NCBI GenBank assembly: GCA_964549275.1
Contig: CAZJUP010000007.1
Span: 17,633 to 49,632 of the forward strand
DNA length: 32,000 bases
Source: an uncultured bacterium
GTDB taxonomy: Bacteria > Fidelibacterota > Marinisomatia > Marinisomatales > TCS55
Reading direction: 5' to 3'
Shown: positions 19,484-25,851 of the stretch, one piece after another
How positions within the stretch are numbered: position 1 is the stretch's first letter
How the letters are laid out: each line of letters opens with the position of its first letter
The notes under the pieces: model-generated
Database searches by the model: none
Seen by the model: the letters and a program-made list of their open reading frames with translations, nothing else
Told to the model about the DNA's origin: nothing
Made by a program: the position numbers and the translations under genes

Positions 19484-20416
19484 CTACTCGACCATCTCCG
19501 CCCCACCCAGCAAATCTTCCAAACGGAACGCACCATCTTTCTCCATTTGTTTGGCGGATTGAACTACTATTTTTCGGGCATTGTCAACATCTCGCTTTGG
19601 AATGGCTCCCTCTACAGGTTCATACATAGCCTGTTTTTTTTGTGGGAGATTTTCGATAACCCTCTTTGTGACCGCTTCTGGCATTCCTTTTAAAGCAAGG
19701 GCCACCGAATCCAGTTCAACTGAGTTCATGAGATCGCGCAGTAAGTTGTCCGGCATAATATCAAATATTCCTTCAAAGGTCAGATGGTATTTTTTTACTT
19801 CTTCTGCTAAATCGGGATTTTCTTGAGTAAGGTTTTTTAAAAACCGTATTTCATCTTCAGGATCCATTTCACCTAAAATATCGGCTAAATCTTTTCCTCC
19901 CCCACGAGAAAAAGATACAGTTTTTGGCAAAGATTGAGATTTCTTCTTTAATCTGTTTGCTATCTGAACAACCGCTTCTAATGGCACATCGTTTAAGTTC
20001 CCAATCTCTAACAGCACCTTCCCTTTAATTTCTTGGCGAATTCTGTTTAAAACCACCATCCGTTTTTCAGAAGACAGCTGCGCGACTGTAATGGCAATAA
20101 CCCTTGAAGATTCCGCGCTAAGCATGGCAATAGTTTGCTCATCAGTTAATTCTTCCAAAAAGGCAAATGGCTTTTTTGGTTCGTCGCTGTCCTCTTCTTG
20201 AAATTTCTCACTTACAAAGCTGAAATAAAACTCTTCCATTACCCTTTTTTTTACTGAAAAAGATACCATTTCAACACCTCTCATTGCCGATCGAATTTTA
20301 CGAACCTCGGTTTTGTCCAGGTTTTTTACTAGACTAAGAGCAAGGCTTTCTCCCAATACAGAAAAAAGAATAGCGACTTTTTGCAGTCCAGAAAGACGAT
20401 TATAATCGGTAATCAT
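19484..20416 (-). CDS. FliG-like rotor protein (three-domain FliG homologue, divergent middle-domain motif)
   Basis: 310 aa that aligns by eye along the whole of E. coli FliG. N-terminus 'LSGLQKVAILFSVLGESLALSLVKNLDKTEVRKIRSAM'; Gly-Gly hinge 'RGGGKDLADILGEMD'; 'LTFEGIFDI' at the MFxFE position; C-terminal 'LDSVALALKGMPEAVTKRVIENLPQKK...IPKRDVDNARKIVVQSAKQMEKDGAF'. AAGAGG lies 5 nt upstream of the ATG. Confidence 0.8.
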   Translation of the reverse strand: MITDYNRLSGLQKVAILFSVLGESLALSLVKNLDKTEVRKIRSAMRGVEMVSFSVKKRVMEEFYFSFVSEKFQEEDSDEPKKPFAFLEELTDEQTIAMLSAESSRVIAITVAQLSSEKRMVVLNRIRQEIKGKVLLEIGNLNDVPLEAVVQIANRLKKKSQSLPKTVSFSRGGGKDLADILGEMDPEDEIRFLKNLTQENPDLAEEVKKYHLTFEGIFDIMPDNLLRDLMNSVELDSVALALKGMPEAVTKRVIENLPQKKQAMYEPVEGAIPKRDVDNARKIVVQSAKQMEKDGAFRLEDLLGGAEMVE

Positions 20417-20425
20417 GGGGGCCTC

Positions 20426-21967
20426 TTATTTTTTCTTTTTCTTATTTTTGCCACTTTCATCTTCGGGAGCCTGTTCCGTGGGCGCTTGTTGTTCCTGTTC
20501 TGTTGGTGCTTCTTCCTGTATCCACTCTTTTACAATCTTTTGTGCTGCAGAGGGTTGACCTACGCTCATTGAGACTACCGCCTGCTTCATATCATTAACC
20601 TCGCTTTGGAGAACAGCAATATCTTCTTTGCTTGGTGGACTTTGAACAGCTTCATCAGGCTTTTTTACGGATTTTTTTGTTCCGTTATCACTTTTTTTTT
20701 TCGGTCGAGGTGGATACATCCAAGGTGGTGGAGGCATCATTTGTTGCTTTGGTTTATTCATTAACACAAAAGCAAGGACGACAATCAAGACAATAACCAG
20801 AGCCCCCAACACAGCAATAAAAATGATCATCGCGGTATTTCCGGAACCACCTTGCCGATCTAAGTCCTCCTGTACTGTTTCTAACATAGCTAATTTTTCA
20901 GCAATTTGCTGATCAAGATTTGATTTTTCACCAAGTTTTTTCTGAATTGAAGATTCGGCCTCCGTTACAGCTGAATCGGAAACACCCCCCGCGCCTAAAA
21001 ATGCTTTTAAATTCTGAATTTCTTCATTAAGTGCATTTAATCGAACGGAGTCTCCCCTTAAAATATCCTGCTTTTGCTGTTCATAGGCTCTATCCCTTGC
21101 GCTAGATTCCAACTCTGTTAGTTTTGATTGAAAATACAGGCGATCTTCTTGGCGACGGTCTGCTTCTTCCTGTTTGTAATTTGCCAACTCCTCCTTCCAA
21201 TCGACTTCTCCCAGACGTTCTCTCTGTGTTTCCAGAGACTCGAGTTTTTCTGCAATGCTTTTTAATAAAACTTGTTCTGCGGTTTTTTCATCGCGCCTTT
21301 CCTTAAAAGAGGCTGTCATTATACTAAGCACATCTCCTCGAGCGCGGTTAAACCTTGAAGCAACCATCACGACCTGACGAATATTTTCAATCAGCTCTGG
21401 AGCTGCACCTTCTTGTAGAATAATACTGATCTCTATGTTGCGTATCTTTGCCAAAGCCGGATGTTTTTCTGTGTGTGTTCGAGACAATACATTGTCACTA
21501 GACCATCCGGATTCTATTTTGTTTTCTATATCATTACTTGAAACAGGTTCTTCTAAAGGTCTTGAATCTTCAGTATCAAAATCAAACCCAGGTATGGGAA
21601 GTCCAACACCAGACGAAGGAAGGATGTTTTGACCCTCTTTGCTTGTAGATTCTAACTTGCTGGCATCTAATTCATAATCTGATGGGGTCGGCGCTCCGGA
21701 TTTAAAGGTGGTTTGCTCTTCTACTGCACTGCTGAGTTCGAGGTCCACACTAACATCTACTACATATTTTCTGTTGTCAATTATTTTTTCGAGAGCATCT
21801 GTAATGCGTTTCCGCAGGCTGTTTTCAACCATTAATTTTTGTGCAAGATACCCTCCGGATTGTCCCCATCCAATGCCGATAATCATTATGAAAGTTAGAG
21901 CGGTTATAATTGCTCTTTTAATCCGCATTATCATATAAACTCCCTTATTCATTCTCAGAGGAATCAT
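20426..21967 (-). CDS. FliF-like bitopic ring protein: TM1, single RBM3-like module, long coiled coil, TM2, cytoplasmic tail
   Basis: 513 aa. TM1 is about aa 17-35. 'VENSLRKRITDALEKIIDNRKYVVDVSVDLEL' and 'IRNIEISIILQEGAAPELIENIRQVVMVASRFNRARGDVLSIMTASF' resemble the two halves of FliF RBM3. A heptad-rich, E/K/Q-rich segment spans about aa 222-372, and TM2 is about aa 378-404. The tail 'QPSAAQKIVKEWIQEE' resembles the FliF C-terminal FliG-binding helix. The start forms an ATGA overlap with the motB stop. Confidence 0.65.
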   Translation of the reverse strand: MIPLRMNKGVYMIMRIKRAIITALTFIMIIGIGWGQSGGYLAQKLMVENSLRKRITDALEKIIDNRKYVVDVSVDLELSSAVEEQTTFKSGAPTPSDYELDASKLESTSKEGQNILPSSGVGLPIPGFDFDTEDSRPLEEPVSSNDIENKIESGWSSDNVLSRTHTEKHPALAKIRNIEISIILQEGAAPELIENIRQVVMVASRFNRARGDVLSIMTASFKERRDEKTAEQVLLKSIAEKLESLETQRERLGEVDWKEELANYKQEEADRRQEDRLYFQSKLTELESSARDRAYEQQKQDILRGDSVRLNALNEEIQNLKAFLGAGGVSDSAVTEAESSIQKKLGEKSNLDQQIAEKLAMLETVQEDLDRQGGSGNTAMIIFIAVLGALVIVLIVVLAFVLMNKPKQQMMPPPPWMYPPRPKKKSDNGTKKSVKKPDEAVQSPPSKEDIAVLQSEVNDMKQAVVSMSVGQPSAAQKIVKEWIQEEAPTEQEQQAPTEQAPEDESGKNKKKKK

Positions 21968-22770
21968 CCTCGTTTTTTCTTTCTTTTAGTATTCTGAACT
22001 TCGGATTCAGAAACACCAACGGGTCCACCCCGGGGTGCTAAAAATGTAATTTCTACTCTTCGATTTCTCGCTTTTTGTTCTGCAGTCTGGTTATATTTTT
22101 GAATCAATTCTGGGGTGATTATTTCAGCTGTACTTTTATCTCTTGGGACAAACTCACCATAACCAACCGCTTCTAATCTAGTCGGAGAAATTCCCAATGA
22201 AATCAGTAGCCTTACCACAGCTGCGGCCCTGGCTCCTGACAACTCCCAATTGCTCGGATATTTTACCCTTAATGCCTTGGGAAGGGGATCGCTGTCTGTG
22301 TGGCCTTCTATGGCTACTAAAAAATGAGAGGCCTGTATTGTGGGAACCAACTTTTTTAAAATTTCTAAAAAGGTTGGTTTTGTTTCCGCGGAGCCAGATC
22401 TGAAACTTATATCCGACGAAATTCCAATTGTCACCCCTTTGGGTCCCGTCGAAACTTCAACAGGTTTTTCACCTGTTTTGGGGTCTGCCTCCATTTTTTT
22501 AACCATTTGTTCAGCCGCTTTCTTAATATCAGATAATGACATCGCCTGGCTGTCTTTTTTAATTTTACTTCCAACAGATTTTCCCATTGAATCTGCCATC
22601 TCCTGCAGTTTTACAGGATCGATCGTAGAGATAGCTGCAAGCAAAACAAAAAAGGCAAACAGGAGAGTCATCATATCAGCAAAAGTTCCAAACCACCCCG
22701 GAAGCCCTTCATCGACCTCTTGCATTCCCATTTCCAAAAATTTCTTTTTTTCCTGTGGTGTTACTGCCAT
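21964..22770 (-). CDS. motB: Flagellar-type stator protein MotB (OmpA-like peptidoglycan-binding C-terminus)
   Basis: 268 aa. The N-terminal TM segment carries the conserved Asp ('WFGTFADMMTLLFAFFVLLAA'). The C-terminal OmpA/MotB motif is 'IEGHTDSDP...SNWELSGARAAAVVRLL...LEAVGYGEFVP'. Confidence 0.88.
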   Translation of the reverse strand: MAVTPQEKKKFLEMGMQEVDEGLPGWFGTFADMMTLLFAFFVLLAAISTIDPVKLQEMADSMGKSVGSKIKKDSQAMSLSDIKKAAEQMVKKMEADPKTGEKPVEVSTGPKGVTIGISSDISFRSGSAETKPTFLEILKKLVPTIQASHFLVAIEGHTDSDPLPKALRVKYPSNWELSGARAAAVVRLLISLGISPTRLEAVGYGEFVPRDKSTAEIITPELIQKYNQTAEQKARNRRVEITFLAPRGGPVGVSESEVQNTKRKKKRG

Positions 22771-22775
22771 TCAGA

Positions 22776-23564
22776 TTAGCTCTCGTCTTTTTTCCATTCT
22801 TTTGGCGGAATGTATGAGTTTAATTTTTCTCTGACAATTATTGGGTGTTTCTTCTGATGAATCAAACGAGAAGCTTCTACAAGCATGTTTTGCATCGTGC
22901 TTGTAAAGGTAATCCGAGTTCTGAGTTTATCCGCCATGGGGAGAAAAAACAGATTAGCAAACACCGCTCCATAAAATGTGGTGATTAATGCTGCTGACAT
23001 TCCAGATCCCAATGCTTCCGTTCCACCTCCATCTCCACCAAATCCTGAAAGCATGATAACAAGCCCGATAAGTGTTCCTATCATTCCCCAGGCAGGCGCC
23101 ATAACCCCCATGGATTTAAACAGGCTTGCCTGTGTTTTTTCGCGGACTTCTCTATAATCAATTCTTGTGTATAAAATTTCTGTTAGTTCCTCAAGAGAGT
23201 ATCCATCTACCACCATTTGAACCCCATCCCTAAAAAACGGATTTTTAACGGTATCAATCGATTTTTCAAGTTCAGCAGCCCCTTTTCTCCCTACTTCTGA
23301 TACAGCAACAGCATCTTCCACAACTGTTCCTAAAGTCAATTTACTTCCTTTAAAGACAGCTGCCATTGCCGATCCAAGCTTTAAGACATCCGACAAAGGA
23401 AAAGCCACAGATACAGAGGCAACCATCCCACCAAAGACAATGGCAAAACTAGAAGGAGATAAAAATCCTCCCATTCCCGCGCCAGCTGCAGTTGCGGCCA
23501 ACCAAATCCCCCCTCCAATAGAGCCTAAACCAAGAACAATTCCAATCAGGGTTGCAATATCCAT
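22776..23564 (-). CDS. motA: Flagellar-type stator protein MotA/PomA
   Basis: 262 aa that is collinear with my recollection of Vibrio PomA. 'MDIATLIGIVLGLGSI', cytoplasmic loop 'VGRKGAAELEKSID' (equivalents of the charged R/E), and the conserved prolines in 'VMAPAWGMIGTLIGLV' and 'LFFLPMADKL'. GAGGA lies 6 nt upstream of the ATG. Confidence 0.9.
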   Translation of the reverse strand: MDIATLIGIVLGLGSIGGGIWLAATAAGAGMGGFLSPSSFAIVFGGMVASVSVAFPLSDVLKLGSAMAAVFKGSKLTLGTVVEDAVAVSEVGRKGAAELEKSIDTVKNPFFRDGVQMVVDGYSLEELTEILYTRIDYREVREKTQASLFKSMGVMAPAWGMIGTLIGLVIMLSGFGGDGGGTEALGSGMSAALITTFYGAVFANLFFLPMADKLRTRITFTSTMQNMLVEASRLIHQKKHPIIVREKLNSYIPPKEWKKDES

Positions 23565-23566
23565 AT

Positions 23567-24949
23567 CTAATCCTCAATAAAACTGGTAGATTTTAATCGA
23601 TTTTCGTGCAATGCCTTTAATACATTGCGAACATCATCATATTCCGGATCCATGCGTAAGGCAAGGTTCCAATTAATTGTAGCGCGCTGAATATCTCCCA
23701 ACTTGTAATAAATGGACCCTCTCCTTGCATAGGCTAATGCCAAATTTGGATTAAGGTCCAATGCTGCCTCTACAGATTCTAAAGCGCCACGATAGTCACC
23801 GGCATAAAAATAGCGAAGGGATCTTGATAAATGCCGCATGGCATCATTCATATTTTTTTCGCTTACATTCCGATTTAGCTTCACGGCTTTCAATGAATCT
23901 TCTAAAAACTTTGAATGCTGCTCCATTGCGGCAAGCCGAGTCATGAGATTGCGCATTTCGTTTGTCATCATTCCCATGGAGTCTCGCAACGTGTGAACAG
24001 CAACATCTGCCATAAGGAGCGTTGAGTCCATATCTGCTGGATAGCCTCCTGCTGAGCGCGTTCCGGGAAGAACTAGCCCCGGCTGTTCGGGTGTTGGTGC
24101 CGGCCCACCGCCAGGGAGACGACGAAGAGATGCTCCCCTTGGAACCGACATATCCATGCCCAAGGTGATTCCCGGATGTCCTTTCCAATAACGAGAGTTC
24201 CATGAAGGTAATTTTTCTATGTGGGTGAACCCAAGGTTCAGGCGGTAATCCGAGGTAAGGGGGATGCGGAGTCCCACATTGATACCTGTACCATCGAATT
24301 CACCCACAATATCTATTCCACCCCATTTTTCAAAATAAGGTGTGTTAACAATAACCCCCGCAAAAACGCCGGCTCTGGTACCAGAGGAACTGCTCGTATC
24401 TGCTACAGATAATGTATCAGCCGCTCCAAAGCCCCCAGTTCCAAAGCCAATAAACGTATTCATGTCATATTGACCGAGTTTTTTCTCACTATTCACAACA
24501 CCGAAAAACGACAATTCTTTCGGGTCAAGTCTTAATCCGCTTGTGCCCGCATTTTCAAAAACAATATCCTGCAACCCAACAGAAAAGGAGACGTCATTAT
24601 ATATAAACACCCGTTGTTGAAAATGGAACCCAAACTCAACCGGTGCCCTATAGGTTGACACTTCAAGGTTTGCAAGGGAGGTTGTGTCTGCACCCTGAAT
24701 AGATGAAAAACCGAAAATTGTATTTTTCCCGAACTCCATATTGAAGTACGCACCCTTGGCTGTGTTAAAGGGAGCCATATTATGAATTTCCGAACCAAAC
24801 CCCACCCTGAACAAATATGGCGACTTAGACACTGAGCTAAACGGAATTCTCATCATAGGACCAGGTCGAGTATAAGCGACCCGGGTTGCGCTAAATCCTA
24901 CAGAGGATAAAGAAATTATTATAATTACGAATACAAAAAATCGTTTCAT
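23567..24949 (-). CDS. Secreted beta-rich domain protein with Pro/Gly linker, helical segment and C-terminal TPR repeats
   Basis: 460 aa with signal peptide MKRFFVFVIIIISLSSVGFSA. The N-terminal ~250 aa is Gly/Phe/Thr-rich with alternating patterns (possible beta-barrel). Linker 'LPGGGPAPTPEQPGLVLPG', then TPR-like 'YFYAGDYRGALESVEAALDLNPNLALAYARRGSIYYKLGDIQRATINWNLALRMDPEY'. Confidence 0.6.
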   Translation of the reverse strand: MKRFFVFVIIIISLSSVGFSATRVAYTRPGPMMRIPFSSVSKSPYLFRVGFGSEIHNMAPFNTAKGAYFNMEFGKNTIFGFSSIQGADTTSLANLEVSTYRAPVEFGFHFQQRVFIYNDVSFSVGLQDIVFENAGTSGLRLDPKELSFFGVVNSEKKLGQYDMNTFIGFGTGGFGAADTLSVADTSSSSGTRAGVFAGVIVNTPYFEKWGGIDIVGEFDGTGINVGLRIPLTSDYRLNLGFTHIEKLPSWNSRYWKGHPGITLGMDMSVPRGASLRRLPGGGPAPTPEQPGLVLPGTRSAGGYPADMDSTLLMADVAVHTLRDSMGMMTNEMRNLMTRLAAMEQHSKFLEDSLKAVKLNRNVSEKNMNDAMRHLSRSLRYFYAGDYRGALESVEAALDLNPNLALAYARRGSIYYKLGDIQRATINWNLALRMDPEYDDVRNVLKALHENRLKSTSFIED

Positions 24950-25851
24950 GGCATGACTTCTGCTTTTTTTATTTCCATTTGTGCTAATCGCACATATTCA
25001 CTTGCGGGATGCTGATTCACAATACTGGAGAAAGCATTAAGCGCCTTTGTTTCCATTCCCATTTTTCTATAAAGTAGGCCTTTTTGAACAATGGCGTCCA
25101 CAGTTCTTTCTGCCCCATCCTCTTCAATCCTCTTCAACAGAGACAAAGAAGATGAATAGTCTCCGATCTGCTGGTAGGCATCGGCCATCCAATAGCGAAT
25201 GTTCTCGGCTGTTTTCTTTGGAGCTAAATCAAGACTTAATTGATTAAACTTATCCAATGCGCTTTCAAAGTCTTCCCTTTGATACGCAAAAACTCCTGAC
25301 ATATATAACGACGAATCAAAAAGCCTGGCTGGAGTTCTGGTGTTTTTGACTTCAACAACATCCAGATTGTGACCTATTGGTTTTTCTGGTTTTTTCTGTT
25401 TAGGCTGCAGGATTATTTCTTTATCCACAGCCAAATCAGCTGAACTGTCCGTTTTTTGGTTTTTTGGAGGGTTTTTTTGAAGAGCAACAAGAGATTTTCG
25501 AAGTTCAGTGTTTTCGATTTTTAACTCTTTCATTTCTTTTCGAAAAGATGTTTCAAGTAGTTCAATTCGACGATTAATCCTTTCAAGGGCTCCTATCATT
25601 TCTTTTGAGGACGCCATATATACTGAGCCGCTTTCCACCTTTTTAACACGGAAATTAACCTCTTCTGATGTCGGTTTAATTACACGAGAGTAGGTGACTT
25701 TTTCATCCACCGGTTCGATAACAATACCCAAATCCAAAAAAAATATATCAGAAATTGGAGCCGGTTCAGTTTGGGTAAAAACAGCGCCGAAAAGCGCAAA
25801 CCCGACAACGGATTTTATCCAGGGTTTACAACTTAAGGCTACTTTACCCAT
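24946..25851 (-). CDS. CpoB/YbgF-like periplasmic protein (N-terminal coiled coil plus C-terminal TPR)
   Basis: 301 aa with a signal/anchor segment. Coiled coil 'LERINRRIELLETSFRKEMKELKIENTELRKSLVALQ', a Lys/Pro-rich spacer, then TPR-like 'AYQREDFESALDKFNQL...IRYWMADAYQQIGDYSSSLSLL...NQHPASEYVRLAQMEI'. This architecture matches the Tol-Pal accessory protein CpoB. ATGA overlap with the downstream gene. Confidence 0.55.
   Translation of the reverse strand: MGKVALSCKPWIKSVVGFALFGAVFTQTEPAPISDIFFLDLGIVIEPVDEKVTYSRVIKPTSEEVNFRVKKVESGSVYMASSKEMIGALERINRRIELLETSFRKEMKELKIENTELRKSLVALQKNPPKNQKTDSSADLAVDKEIILQPKQKKPEKPIGHNLDVVEVKNTRTPARLFDSSLYMSGVFAYQREDFESALDKFNQLSLDLAPKKTAENIRYWMADAYQQIGDYSSSLSLLKRIEEDGAERTVDAIVQKGLLYRKMGMETKALNAFSSIVNQHPASEYVRLAQMEIKKAEVMP

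Noticed and set aside
22340-22834. 164-aa + strand ORF spanning the motB/motA junction
   Set aside because: It is antisense to two well-supported genes, has no motif and shows a hydrophobic/Ser-rich shadow composition.
21964-23564. Whether the MotA/MotB pair is a Zorya (ZorAB) anti-phage module
   Set aside because: ZorA carries a long C-terminal tail of several hundred residues and comes with ZorC/D or ZorE. Here MotA is 262 aa and PomA-like throughout, and its partners are FliF/FliG-like, with no nuclease or helicase genes.
23844-24203. 119-aa - strand ORF in an alternative frame within the 460-aa beta-rich/TPR gene
   Set aside because: It is Arg/Ser-rich and out of frame within a longer ORF that has a signal peptide and TPR motifs.
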